From: Flavobacteriales bacterium
GTDB taxonomy: Bacteria; Bacteroidota; Bacteroidia; Flavobacteriales_F; PHOS-HE28
Direction: 5' to 3'
DNA: 64,000 nucleotides
Assembly: GCA_046329105.1 (NCBI GenBank)
Contig: JAXLVH010000004.1
Location: 29,938-93,937 of the forward strand
The notes beneath the pieces are model-generated. The model saw only the letters and a list, made by a program, of their open reading frames with translations. It was not told where the DNA came from and did no database searches. The stretch's first letter is position 1. The number at the start of each line of letters is the position of its first letter. A program made the translations under genes and the position numbers. Shown here piece after piece: positions 34,429 through 44,620 of the stretch.

Positions 34429-35943
34429 TCAGGCCGCAAGGACCTTGGCGCCATCCTTGGTGCCGGTGCCGGGCCTCCATGTACCCAGGTACATTTTGTC
34501 GCCGAAGACGGGGCTCTTGAAGATGGAGGTGCCCAACAGCATGCGGGCGCATTCCTGCAACCCCTCTGTGATGCTGGGGTGCGGGTGCGTGAGGTCGGCC
34601 AGTTCGCGCACGCCCAGTCCGGTGCGCATCATCAGGGCCACGGATTGGATGGCGCTGCTGGCGTGCTCGCCCACGGCGCGCATGCCGAGCACGTTCATGT
34701 GATCGTCGTCAGTGACGATGAGTTTGAAGAAGCCGCGCGTGCGACGCATGGCGATGGCGCGGGCCACGCAGGCGTAGTCGATGCGCGCGGTACGGTGGGC
34801 GATGCCCTGGCGTACGCATTCCTGTTCGTTCAGTCCCACCCCGGCCACCTCGGGGTCCAGGAACATGATGGTACTGACATTGTCGTAGCTGATGGGGCGC
34901 TCGGCCTTTCCGCAGAGGAGTTCCACCGCGTGCCGGCCTTCCAGTTCGCCGAGGTTCACCAGCATGTGCGAGCCTGTCGCATCGCCCACCACGTGGATGT
35001 GCGGTACGCTGGTGCGGGTATCGTTCACAACGATCCGGCCGCTGGCGGTATCGCGCTCCACACCGGTGTGCTCCAGTCCCAGGCCATCGGTGTTGGGCAC
35101 ACGACCAACGGAAAGGAGGGCCAGCTCGGTGGTCACGGTGTTACGTCCGTCCTGGCCGGAAATGGTGTACTCCACACCGTGCGGCATGGCTTCCATCCGC
35201 TCGAGACGGGCGCCGTGGTGGATGATGACACCTTTGCGTTCGAGTTCGCGGGTGATGGTGCCACTGACGTCGGCATCCTCAAAGGGCAGGATCCGGTCGG
35301 CACGGTCGATCATGTGGACACGGGTGCGCCCGAAGTTGCTGAAGATGGTGGCGAACTCGCACCCGATCACGCCGGCGCCCACGATCACGATGCTCTCGGG
35401 CAGGTCGTTGATCGCGAAGATGCCGTCGCTCGAGAGGATGCGGCGCTCGTCGACACGGACGTCGGGCATGGATCGCGGGCGGCTTCCCGTGGCGATCACG
35501 AAATGATCGGCGTGGACGGTGGTCCGGGCATCGCTCCGGCTCACCATCACGGTGTGAGGCCCGGTGAAGTGGGCCGTGCCGCGCATATGTTTGAACCGGT
35601 CGCCGCTGTTCTCCAGCAGTTGCAAGTGGCAGGCGTAGAGGTATTTCCGCTCGAACACCGCCTCGTTCAACACCTTGGAGATCTCGGGCCACGAGAGCCG
35701 GAAGGGCTGGCGGCTGCGTTCGCGGATCACCTCATTGGCGCTGGTGACGCGCTGGCTGAGTTCCCAGAGCGTCTTGCTCATGAGCGCACCGTTGAAGATG
35801 CCGGTGCCACCGATGCGCTCGCGTTCCACGAGCACGGTGCGCAGGCCGAGGTCGATCGCGCGCATGGCCGCGGCATAGCCCGCAGGTCCGCCACCGATCA
35901 CGCAAAGGTCGAAGTGTTCCATGGTGTGAAGTGGCGCGTTCAT
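34429..35943 (-). CDS. Dihydrolipoyl-dehydrogenase-family FAD/NAD(P) flavoprotein lacking the redox-active CxxxxC disulfide
   Basis: 504 aa. FAD motif DLCVIGGGPAGYAAA, NAD motif VIVGAGVIGCE, C-terminal HPHPSITEG (His-Glu dyad region). Canonical GGTCLNVGCIPSK replaced by GGTGIFNGALMSK. Confidence 0.7.
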   Translation of the reverse strand: MNAPLHTMEHFDLCVIGGGPAGYAAAMRAIDLGLRTVLVERERIGGTGIFNGALMSKTLWELSQRVTSANEVIRERSRQPFRLSWPEISKVLNEAVFERKYLYACHLQLLENSGDRFKHMRGTAHFTGPHTVMVSRSDARTTVHADHFVIATGSRPRSMPDVRVDERRILSSDGIFAINDLPESIVIVGAGVIGCEFATIFSNFGRTRVHMIDRADRILPFEDADVSGTITRELERKGVIIHHGARLERMEAMPHGVEYTISGQDGRNTVTTELALLSVGRVPNTDGLGLEHTGVERDTASGRIVVNDTRTSVPHIHVVGDATGSHMLVNLGELEGRHAVELLCGKAERPISYDNVSTIMFLDPEVAGVGLNEQECVRQGIAHRTARIDYACVARAIAMRRTRGFFKLIVTDDDHMNVLGMRAVGEHASSAIQSVALMMRTGLGVRELADLTHPHPSITEGLQECARMLLGTSIFKSPVFGDKMYLGTWRPGTGTKDGAKVLAA

Positions 35944-36103
35944 ACGTCCTCCGGTGCCAATGGTTCATGAGCGTGGTCCGGATCCGGCAGGGTAACCCGG
36001 CCGGTATCGGAAACGTAGCAGGGTGGCTGCCCCGGATCCCCATGTGCCACGGTCCGAACCGTCACCGGGACTTGGCGGCCACGAAACGATCCTCCAACCT
36101 CCG

Positions 36104-37696
36104 ATGACCAGGCAACGCTCCTCCATCCTGATCTGCACACTCGTCGCCACCATTTCGGTGAGAGCACAGACCGTCCGCTCCAACGCATATGCACGGATGC
36201 TCGATGATGCCGGTGGCCTGTTGACGGCCGAACGGTGGGAGGATGCGGCGAAAGTATACCGTCGTTTGGAGATCATGGACAGCACCTCCGCCGAAGTGGC
36301 GTACGGTCTCGGTGTCTGCCTGGGTCACATCCCGGGGCAGCGAACGGCCGCTACCGAGCGTTTCGCCCGGGCATCCCGCTATGGCCATCTGGAGGCGAAG
36401 TACCAGCTGGCCTTGGTGCTCCACCGGCAGCAGCGTTTCGATGAGGCCCTGGCCCTGCTGGCCTACTACAAGTCGGCCGCGGAGCACGAGGTTCCCGATG
36501 CGGAGGTGGATCGCCAGGTGCGCATGGTGGCCACGGCGCGCGAGCTGCAGGCCGATCCTGTGCAGGTGAACATCGCCAACATGGGCCCGCGCATCAACAG
36601 CAAGGACAACGATTACAGTCCGGTCACCACGGCCGATGGTGCCACATTGTACTTCACCAGCCGGCGCAAGGGGAGTACGGGCGAGGCACGCGACCCCAGC
36701 GGGCAGTACCTGGAGGACATCTACATGGCCCGGAAGGAGGGTGGCGAGTGGGGCAGCGCCATGAACGTGGGTGTTCCGCTGAACACCTTCGTGCATGATG
36801 CCACGGTGGGTCTGAGTCCCGATGGCGGCTCCATGATCATCTATCGGACCGCGCAGAATCTGGTGAGCGGGGACCTGTACGAGTGCGTGAAACATCTCGG
36901 CGCGTGGGAGCCCCCGACGAAAATGACCGAGCGCATCAACAGCAGCAGCCATGAACCCAGCGCCACGATAGCGCCCGATGGTTCGGAGATCTACTTCACC
37001 AGCGATCGCCCGGGCGGCATGGGCGGCCGCGATATCTACCGGATCCGCAAGCTGCCCGGCGGGGAATGGAGCCTGCCGCTCAACCTCGGGCCGGTCATCA
37101 ACACGCCGTTCGACGAGGACGCGCCCTTCATGCACAGCGATGGCAAGACGCTCTTCTTCAGCAGCAACGGGCACGCCACCATGGGCGGGTATGATATATT
37201 CAAGAGCACGTTGACGGACCCGGACATGAACGGATGGACCGCTCCGGAGAACATGGGCCATCCGCTCAACACGGTGAACGACGACATTTTCTTCTGCCTC
37301 AGCGAGGACGGGCGAACAGGGTATTTCAGCAGCGAACGGGCCGATGGCCTCGGTGGTCAGGACATCTACAGCATCGTGTTCCCCGAGAGCCAGCTGGAGG
37401 AGATCGTGGTGCGCGGTGTGGTCACCGACGGGATGGAGGAGCCCGTGCAAGCCCGCATCGTGCTCACGGGTGAGGCGGACGGGGAGATGGTCGGCGTGTA
37501 CAACACCAACGCGCGCACGGGACGTTACCTGATGGTGGTGAAACCAGGAGAACGGTATAATATGACCGTGGAGGCCCCCGGCTTCGTTCCGCGGTCCGAT
37601 GCGCTGAGCACGGTGGGGAAAAGCGGCGGTCTTACCGAGATCCCGCTCGACATCATCCTCGTGCGGGATGAGAAGACGGCCCGGGTGAAGCCCTGA
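36104..37696 (+). CDS. Secreted TPR / TolB-like PD40 beta-propeller / carboxypeptidase-regulatory-like domain protein
   Basis: Start MTRQRSSILICTLVATISVRAQ. TPR-like N-terminus. Repeated PD40 units (DYSPVTTADGATLYFTS, SPDGGSMII, APDGSEIYFTSDR, HSDGKTLFFSS, SEDGRTGYFSSER). C-terminal CarboxypepD_reg-like beta-sandwich. No OmpA domain. Confidence 0.6.
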   Translation: MTRQRSSILICTLVATISVRAQTVRSNAYARMLDDAGGLLTAERWEDAAKVYRRLEIMDSTSAEVAYGLGVCLGHIPGQRTAATERFARASRYGHLEAKYQLALVLHRQQRFDEALALLAYYKSAAEHEVPDAEVDRQVRMVATARELQADPVQVNIANMGPRINSKDNDYSPVTTADGATLYFTSRRKGSTGEARDPSGQYLEDIYMARKEGGEWGSAMNVGVPLNTFVHDATVGLSPDGGSMIIYRTAQNLVSGDLYECVKHLGAWEPPTKMTERINSSSHEPSATIAPDGSEIYFTSDRPGGMGGRDIYRIRKLPGGEWSLPLNLGPVINTPFDEDAPFMHSDGKTLFFSSNGHATMGGYDIFKSTLTDPDMNGWTAPENMGHPLNTVNDDIFFCLSEDGRTGYFSSERADGLGGQDIYSIVFPESQLEEIVVRGVVTDGMEEPVQARIVLTGEADGEMVGVYNTNARTGRYLMVVKPGERYNMTVEAPGFVPRSDALSTVGKSGGLTEIPLDIILVRDEKTARVKP

Positions 37697-37699
37697 TCG

Positions 37700-38683
37700 T
37701 CAGGCGCTGCGACCGTATCCTGCCCGTTCCCGCACGCGCGCCAAGGTGCGGTCGGCCACTTCGCGGGCCTTCTCCGCACCGATGCGCAACAACCGGTCGA
37801 GTTCGCCCCTGTCGTTCATCAGATCGTGGAAGAGGGTGCGCTCCTTGGCGAACGCGGTGATGAGCACATCCAGCAGTTCCTTCTTGGCATGACCGTATCC
37901 GTAACCGCCGCGTAGGTAGTTTTCGCGCATCGCCGTGGTGCGTTCGGGCGTTGCCGTCAGTGCGAACAGCTTGAACGTGTTGTCGTTGCCCGGGTCCTTG
38001 GGCTCCTCCAGCGTGCGGCTGTCGCTCACGATGCCCATCACCTGCTTCTTCAATTCCTTCTCCGGGAGGAAGACGTTGATGGTGTTGCCGTAGCTCTTGC
38101 TCATCTTCCTGCCATCGGTGCCGGGGATGGTCATGAGCTGCTCATCGATGCGCGCCTTGGGCACCACGAAGGTGTCCTCCCCGTAAGCCCGGTTGAAGGC
38201 GCTGGCGATGTCGCGCGTGATCTCCAAGTGCTGCTTCTGGTCCTTGCCCACCGGCACCACCTCGCTGTCGTAAAGCAGGATGTCGGCGGCCATCAGCACG
38301 GGATAGTTGAACACCCCGGCGTTGGGCACTGACCCCTTGGCCAGGGCATCCTTGTAGGAGTGGGCATTCTCCAGCATCGGGCAGGGCGTCAGGCATTCCA
38401 GGTACCAGGTCAGCTCGGTCACCTCGGGCACGTCGCTCTGGCGGTAGAAGGTGGTCCGCTCCAGGTCCAGCCCCATGGCGATCCAGGCCGCGGCCACGGC
38501 GTACGTGTTCTCGCGTCGCAGTTGCGGGTCGCGCAGTTGGGTGAAGGAGTGCAGGTCCGCGATGAAGAGGAATGCGTCATTGCCCGGCAGGCGGCCCATG
38601 GCGATGGCCGGGACGATGGCGCCCATCAGGTTGCCCAGGTGCGGTGTGCCGGTGCTCTGGATGCCGGTGAGGATGCGGGGCAT
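37700..38683 (-). CDS. trpS: Tryptophan--tRNA ligase
   Basis: 327 aa. HIGH-type motif TGTPHLGN and KMSKS. Confidence 0.9.
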   Translation of the reverse strand: MPRILTGIQSTGTPHLGNLMGAIVPAIAMGRLPGNDAFLFIADLHSFTQLRDPQLRRENTYAVAAAWIAMGLDLERTTFYRQSDVPEVTELTWYLECLTPCPMLENAHSYKDALAKGSVPNAGVFNYPVLMAADILLYDSEVVPVGKDQKQHLEITRDIASAFNRAYGEDTFVVPKARIDEQLMTIPGTDGRKMSKSYGNTINVFLPEKELKKQVMGIVSDSRTLEEPKDPGNDNTFKLFALTATPERTTAMRENYLRGGYGYGHAKKELLDVLITAFAKERTLFHDLMNDRGELDRLLRIGAEKAREVADRTLARVRERAGYGRSA

Positions 38684-38798
38684 GTGCGTGGGAAGGGGCC
38701 GAAGATAGGAGGGGGCGTCGCGCGGCCTTGAGCGGGCATCGGGGACCTACTTTCGCGCCCTTCATCACCCGCCAGGGCACAAGCGAAGACGGGTCCGC

Positions 38799-39635
38799 AT
38801 GTCCATGCACCAACACCACGATCAGCTCGTTGTTTGCGACGGGGAGTCGATGCGGGCACCGGTACTGAAGTGGTTGTTCGTGGTGCCGCGTGTGCTGTTC
38901 AAACTGTGGATGTTCCTCGTTTTCTTCACATCGTTGGCGGTGTTGTACGTGCCGTTCCGCCTTCGGCTCAGGAAGGAAGAGGAGCATCCGCGTGCGTTCC
39001 GTTTGATGAACGCCTGGAACCGCTTCCTCAACGTGTTCCTTCTGGTGCCGGTGAAGCGCGTGTCCATGGCGCCGCTGCCACCACCGCCGTACGTGATCTG
39101 CGCCAACCACGGCAGCTACCTGGACATCCTGCACATGTACAGCATGGGACTGGATTTTTTCCTGTTCATGGGTAAGTATGAATTGCTGAAATGGCCGCTG
39201 CTGGGCATGTTCTTTCGCCGGATGAACATCGCCGTGAACCGGGGTAATCGCACGGAGGCGGTGAAGGCCCTGGCCCATGCGGCGCGGTCGATCGACAAGG
39301 GGATCTGCGTGGCGCTGTTTCCCGAAGGCACCATACCGGTCTCGGCGCCGCGCATGCAGCGCTTCAAGGACGGCGCCTTCAAGCTCGCCATCGAGAAGCA
39401 GGTGCCCATCGTGCCGATCACCTTCCTGGACCACTGGAAACTGTTCGGCGAGCCGGGTGAGTTGTGCAGCCGCGGTCACCCCGGCTTCGCGCACGTGGTA
39501 CGGCATCCGTTCATCAGCACCGCGGGCTTGACCATGGCCGACAAGGAGGCGCTGCGCCGCCGGGTACACGACACCATTGAGGCACCCCTGCGGAAATACG
39601 CACCCCGGCACGATGGACCGCCCGTGGTCATCTGA
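38799..39635 (+). CDS. plsC: 1-acyl-sn-glycerol-3-phosphate acyltransferase family protein
   Basis: HX4D motif (CANHGSYLDILHMY). FPEGT motif. N-terminal TM segments. Confidence 0.75.
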   Translation: MSMHQHHDQLVVCDGESMRAPVLKWLFVVPRVLFKLWMFLVFFTSLAVLYVPFRLRLRKEEEHPRAFRLMNAWNRFLNVFLLVPVKRVSMAPLPPPPYVICANHGSYLDILHMYSMGLDFFLFMGKYELLKWPLLGMFFRRMNIAVNRGNRTEAVKALAHAARSIDKGICVALFPEGTIPVSAPRMQRFKDGAFKLAIEKQVPIVPITFLDHWKLFGEPGELCSRGHPGFAHVVRHPFISTAGLTMADKEALRRRVHDTIEAPLRKYAPRHDGPPVVI

Positions 39636-39667
39636 ACCGTTTTCCTCACCACTTTCGCACCTCCGCC

Positions 39668-39964
39668 ATGAAGATCGACAACGCCACCCTGGACCGTATC
39701 GCCGAACTGGCCCGTTTGGACGTGAGCGACCCTGCTGAACGCGAGCGACTGTTGACGGACATGCAGCGCGTTCTCGATTTCGTTGAGAAGCTCAATGAGG
39801 TGGATACCACGGGCGTGGAACCATTGATCCACATGAGCGAAGAGCACGATGTGCTGCGCGAGGATGTCGCACTCCCCGGCCTGAGCAAGCAGGAGACCTT
39901 GATGAACGCGCCCGTGAAGGACAGCGACTACTTCAAGGTGCCCAAGGTGGTGGACAAGGGCTGA
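39668..39964 (+). CDS. gatC: Asp-tRNA(Asn)/Glu-tRNA(Gln) amidotransferase subunit C
   Basis: 98 aa, typical GatC size and sequence (MKIDNATLDRIAELARLDVSD...). Confidence 0.8.
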   Translation: MKIDNATLDRIAELARLDVSDPAERERLLTDMQRVLDFVEKLNEVDTTGVEPLIHMSEEHDVLREDVALPGLSKQETLMNAPVKDSDYFKVPKVVDKG

Positions 39965-40163
39965 GCCCTCGATCGCTGTTTTCGGGAGGGCGGACCGGAT
40001 CGCGCACCGGACGGGTGGGTGAACACCCTTTTTATGAACAGTCGGGCAAACAGGTGTTTCTACTGGTATCGGTGTAACGGCGGGCCGTCTACATTGCGTG
40101 CCCTTTTGTACCCTGAACGAAGGGACCTTCCCGAACCACGAACCTGTTTCCCCATCCCTTACG

Positions 40164-43100
40164 ATGAGTATCACCACGACCCTGCGCGGCATGATGACGC
40201 GCGTTGCGCTGCTCGCCTCCCTGTTCGGCCCCGGCAACATGCTCTCGGCCCAGGAACTCCGGACGGTGCCCCTGCCCGGCTGCGGATTCGATGAAGGCCA
40301 CCAGCAACGGATGCGACTGGATCCGCTGTACCGGCAGCGCGTGGAGGCGTTCAACGCGGCCGCCCGGCATGCCGCACCCGGCGAGGACAGGGGTGCGCTC
40401 ACGTACACGGTGCCGGTGGTGGTGCACGTGATGGACATCGGCACGGCGGCCACGGCGATCAGCGACGAGCAGATCAGGGCGGGGATCGAACGCCTCAACG
40501 AGAACTGGCGCAAGGTCGCGGGAACACAAGGCGACGGCACGGGTGTGGACATGGGTATCCAATTCGCGCTGGCCGTGCGCGACCCGCAGGGGAATTGCAC
40601 ATCGGGCATCACCCGGCGCGACATGACGTTCAGCGCGACGTATGTGGCCAACGGCGTGATGCACAATGGTGCGGTGGGCATGCCGGACGCGGAACTGAAG
40701 TCCTACGACAACTGGGATCCGACGCGGTACTACAACATCTGGCTGGTGGGCGAGATCGACAACGGTGGACCGGTGGCGGGCTATGCGTACTTCGCCAGCA
40801 GCCATGGATCCTCGATCGACGGTACGATCCTGCTTACCGGCTACATGCCCGGAAGTAATGTGTTGTCGCACGAATTGGGACACGCGTTCAACCTGTACCA
40901 CACCTTCGAAGGGGACGTGAACGGGACGACCTGTCCGCCGAACGGGGACTGCACCTCCGATGGCGATCATGTGTGCGACATACCGCCGCACATCCGTCCG
41001 AGCGCGTGCAACCCCACCGGGACCAACGCGTGCGATGGTGGATCATTGAACAGCCTGCACCTGTTCAACTACATGAACTACACCACGTGTACCGACAATA
41101 TGTTCACCGCGGATCAGCGGACGCGCGCGCAGCTCGCCATGACCAGCGAGCGCGCTTCGTTCCTGGCCAGTAACGGCAACATGTCACTGGTGCCGCCCGG
41201 CGCGCCACAACTCGATTTCCGGGCATCGGCATCGGTGTTGTGCGGTACCGGTCAATCGGTAACTATGGAGGATGTTTCCTCCTGCCTGCCGAACACCTAC
41301 CTGGCCGATGCTGAATTCCCCGGGATCAGCTTCGCCTGGACCCTCACCAACGGCATATTCACGTACAACTCGACCTTCCGCAGGCCGACCTTCATCGTGA
41401 ACGGCACGGGCGTGTACAATGCGACGCTGACGGTGACCACCTCGTTGGGCACGTACACCCGCACGGAGAACGGGATCGTGGTTGTGGCCGGCACGCCGGT
41501 GGCCGCCTGCACACCGACATCGAGCAACGAATGCAACTGCGCCCAGACGGTGAACAATGTGGTTTTCGGTTCCATCTCCAACGCTACCAGCACCGGGACC
41601 AATGTGGCGTACACGGACTTCACCTGCACGCGCAACACGGTGGTCGCGTCGGGTGGCACCTATCCGCTCGCCGTTTCCATCCGTGCGGGAGGCAGCGCGG
41701 CCGAGGTGCTCAACGGGTACATCGATTGGAACAACAACGGTGTGTTCGAGGATCCAAGCGAGCGCGTCATTCAGGGCTCGACACCGGCGAATTCCAGCAC
41801 CACGGTGAATGCGAACGTCACGGTGCCCGGTGGGGCGGTGACCAATACCCTCCTGCGTATGCGCATGTACGGTGAGGCTGGTACGTTCACATCCGCTGAA
41901 CGGACGTGCGGTGCCGCCTTCTTCGTTGGCGATGTGGAGGACTACGGTGTGTATGTCTCGAGCAATGTGGCGGGTGTCTCGATCGCGGCTTCGCCGGGCA
42001 GTACCATCACGTACGGCACGAACGTCACCTTCACGCCCACCCCGGTGAACGGCGGGGCATCGCCCGTGTACACCTGGTTCCGCAACGGGATCAATGTGGG
42101 GAATGGCGCCACCTACCAGAGCAACAACCTGATGCCAGGCACCACCATCCGCTGCGAAATGGCGTCGAACATGGCCAACGTTCTTTCCTCGCCCGCGCTG
42201 TCGAACACGATCACCATGACCGTTACCGGTCCACCGCTCACGGAGTTCAGTGGGACTCCCGTGGCCCTGTGCGCCGGAGGAACCGTGACGTATACGGATG
42301 CCTCGTTGCTTTCACCGACAAGCTGGTCGTGGTCGTTCCCCGGGGGGACGCCTTCAACATCCACCGCGCAGAACCCGGTGATCACGTACAACACGCCCGG
42401 CACGTACAACGTGACATTGGTCGCGAGCAATGCGAACGGTACGGGCACCACCATGACCAAGACGGGCTACATCAACGTTTTCGCGGCTCCCGTGGCGGCC
42501 TGTACACATACGCGGACCTCGGCGCCGGGCTCGGGCATCGGCATCACCAACGTCACGGTGAACACCATCGACAACAACACCGTTTATGATGGTGCGGCGA
42601 TGAACAATTATACCTGCGCTCAGACGACCGGGCTGCAGATCAACACCACCTACGCCATCTCGATTACGGGCGGTACGTTCAACAACCAGTGGTTCCGGGC
42701 GTACATCGACTACAACAACAACGGGGTCTTCACCGATACGGGCGAGCAGGTTTTCGCACCGGCCAATGCCATGGGTACGGTATCGGGCAATTTCACCACG
42801 CCATCGAGCCCCACCTTGAATACCCTGTTGCGCATGCGGGTGATCAGCGACTTCGTGAACACCACGCCCGGCCCCTGCACGAACCTCCAGTACGGCCAGT
42901 CGGAGGACTACGGCATCTACTTCATCCCGCCGAATTGCACGCCGCCAACGGCCACGGCCACGGCCACTTGCGCGAACGCGTCGCAGTACAACGTGGGTGT
43001 GAACATCAGCAGCATGGGCAGTGCCGGCAGCATCACGATCGAGGTTGACAACGACGCCGGCGGCCCCAACGGGTACGTGGCCATGTTGACCGTGGCGGCA

Positions 43101-44414
43101 CCGGGCAACTACGGACCTTACGGGCCTTATGCGACCGGTTCGCCGGTGAACGTGCGGCTCGTACACAACGTGAACGCGCTCTGCAACCTGAACTTCAACG
43201 GCGTGGTGGGCAATTGCGATGGTCCGGGCGGACTGTGCGCGTACAGCAGCTCCGGTGCCACGAACATCCTGGACAACCAGACGGTGACCAACACCATCAC
43301 CGTGCCGCCCAACGGCGGACAGACCCTTACCGACCTGAACGTTTACGTGAACATCACGCACACCTACACATCGGACCTCCGGCTCACCCTGCAGAGTCCA
43401 TCAGGAACGTCCGTGGCGCTCATCAACACGGGTGTGTGCGGTTCCAACGACAACATGACCGTGGAGTTCGATCAACAAGCCGCGTCCACGATCGGTACGG
43501 TATGTCCGATGACCGGCATTTTCGCCATCCCGTCGGCGTCGTTGGCGTCGTTCAACGGACAGGCGATCCAAGGTACATGGACGCTGAGTGTTCAGGATGT
43601 GGCTGGCGGTGATGAGGGCACGATCAACAGTTGGTGCTTGATCCCCGCACTGTCCGCTCCCGCTGTGCAGGTATCGCCCAAGGTGTTCCTGGAAGGTCCC
43701 TATAGTACGGCCAACGGCCTCATGAGCGACGCGATGCGAAGCGCTGCGCTGGTACCGAATGCCCAGCCCTACACCGGTCTCGGGTACGGTTTCACCGGCT
43801 CTCCGGGCGCGGGTGGAACGTTGGGCGGGGGGGTGCTGGCGGTAACGGGCAGCAACGCCATTGTGGACTGGGTCATCGTAGAACTGCGCAGTACGGCCAC
43901 GCCGACCACGGTGGTGGCCAGTTGTGCCGCACTGGTGCAACGCGATGGTGATGTGGTAGCGCTGGACGGTACATCCCCGGTAAGCATTGCGGTAGCCTCC
44001 GGCGCTTATCACGTGGCCATCCGCCACCGCAATCATCTGGGCGTGATGACGCAGAACGGAGTGGCACTGAGCAATACGCCCTCCACGGTGGACTTCACCT
44101 CGGTGGCCACGAGCACATACGGCACCAACGCGCGCAAGAGCATGGCCGGGGCATTCCCCGCACAGGCGCTCTGGGCCGGCGATGTCACGTTCAACGGCCA
44201 AGTGAAGTACACGGGTGGTGGCAACGATCGCGATCCGGTCCTGACCACGGTGGGCAGCGCTACGCCCGGCAACACGGTGAACGCGTACAGCACCCGCGAC
44301 GTGAACCTGAACGGTCAGGTGAAGTACACGGGCAGCAGCAACGACCGTGATCCGATCCTGTTGAACGTGGGCAGCGCCACACCGAACAACATCCGGTCGG
44401 CACAGTTGCCGTAA
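40164..44414 (+). CDS. Giant secreted M43 (pappalysin/cytophagalysin-type) zinc metalloprotease with PKD-like, GEVED, proprotein-convertase P-domain and a shared ~250-aa C-terminal module
   Basis: Start MSITTTLRGMMTRVALLASLFG. Metzincin motif HELGHAFNLYHTFEG. GEVED motifs (GDVEDYGVYVS, QSEDYGIYFIP). P-domain (DLNVYVNITHTYTSDLRLTLQSPSGTSVALI...GTWTLSVQDVAGGDEGTINSWCL). C-terminal module 43670-44414 ending ...[31 protein letters not shown]. Confidence 0.8.
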   Translation: MSITTTLRGMMTRVALLASLFGPGNMLSAQELRTVPLPGCGFDEGHQQRMRLDPLYRQRVEAFNAAARHAAPGEDRGALTYTVPVVVHVMDIGTAATAISDEQIRAGIERLNENWRKVAGTQGDGTGVDMGIQFALAVRDPQGNCTSGITRRDMTFSATYVANGVMHNGAVGMPDAELKSYDNWDPTRYYNIWLVGEIDNGGPVAGYAYFASSHGSSIDGTILLTGYMPGSNVLSHELGHAFNLYHTFEGDVNGTTCPPNGDCTSDGDHVCDIPPHIRPSACNPTGTNACDGGSLNSLHLFNYMNYTTCTDNMFTADQRTRAQLAMTSERASFLASNGNMSLVPPGAPQLDFRASASVLCGTGQSVTMEDVSSCLPNTYLADAEFPGISFAWTLTNGIFTYNSTFRRPTFIVNGTGVYNATLTVTTSLGTYTRTENGIVVVAGTPVAACTPTSSNECNCAQTVNNVVFGSISNATSTGTNVAYTDFTCTRNTVVASGGTYPLAVSIRAGGSAAEVLNGYIDWNNNGVFEDPSERVIQGSTPANSSTTVNANVTVPGGAVTNTLLRMRMYGEAGTFTSAERTCGAAFFVGDVEDYGVYVSSNVAGVSIAASPGSTITYGTNVTFTPTPVNGGASPVYTWFRNGINVGNGATYQSNNLMPGTTIRCEMASNMANVLSSPALSNTITMTVTGPPLTEFSGTPVALCAGGTVTYTDASLLSPTSWSWSFPGGTPSTSTAQNPVITYNTPGTYNVTLVASNANGTGTTMTKTGYINVFAAPVAACTHTRTSAPGSGIGITNVTVNTIDNNTVYDGAAMNNYTCAQTTGLQINTTYAISITGGTFNNQWFRAYIDYNNNGVFTDTGEQVFAPANAMGTVSGNFTTPSSPTLNTLLRMRVISDFVNTTPGPCTNLQYGQSEDYGIYFIPPNCTPPTATATATCANASQYNVGVNISSMGSAGSITIEVDNDAGGPNGYVAMLTVAAPGNYGPYGPYATGSPVNVRLVHNVNALCNLNFNGVVGNCDGPGGLCAYSSSGATNILDNQTVTNTITVPPNGGQTLTDLNVYVNITHTYTSDLRLTLQSPSGTSVALINTGVCGSNDNMTVEFDQQAASTIGTVCPMTGIFAIPSASLASFNGQAIQGTWTLSVQDVAGGDEGTINSWCLIPALSAPAVQVSPKVFLEGPYSTANGLMSDAMRSAALVPNAQPYTGLGYGFTGSPGAGGTLGGGVLAVTGSNAIVDWVIVELRSTATPTTVVASCAALVQRDGDVVALDGTSPVSIAVASGAYHVAIRHRNHLGVMTQNGVALSNTPSTVDFTSVATSTYGTNARKSMAGAFPAQALWAGDVTFNGQVKYTGGGNDRDPVLTTVGSATPGNTVNAYSTRDVNLNGQVKYTGSSNDRDPILLNVGSATPNNIRSAQLP

Positions 44415-44431
44415 GCCGGTTCAATAGGTCA

Positions 44432-44466
44432 GCGAAGGGCCCCGGTCATCGACCGTGGCCCTTCGC
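44432..44466 (+). terminator. Putative transcription terminator hairpin
   Basis: GCGAAGGGCC-(15 nt loop)-GGCCCTTCGC followed by ATTTCC, 18 bp after the stop codon. No strong U-tract. Confidence 0.4.
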
Positions 44467-44620
44467 ATTTCCGCGCATGCAGGGCGCTCCATGGATGTCA
44501 CTGCGGCCACCCGATGGACAGGAGTTGAGCGATGGGCACTGGATGGATCACCGATCTTCCGCACGTCCCGTTGGGGGCTCCGGCCTTGCGGGTATTTTCG
44601 CCACAACAAGAATGTGAGCA

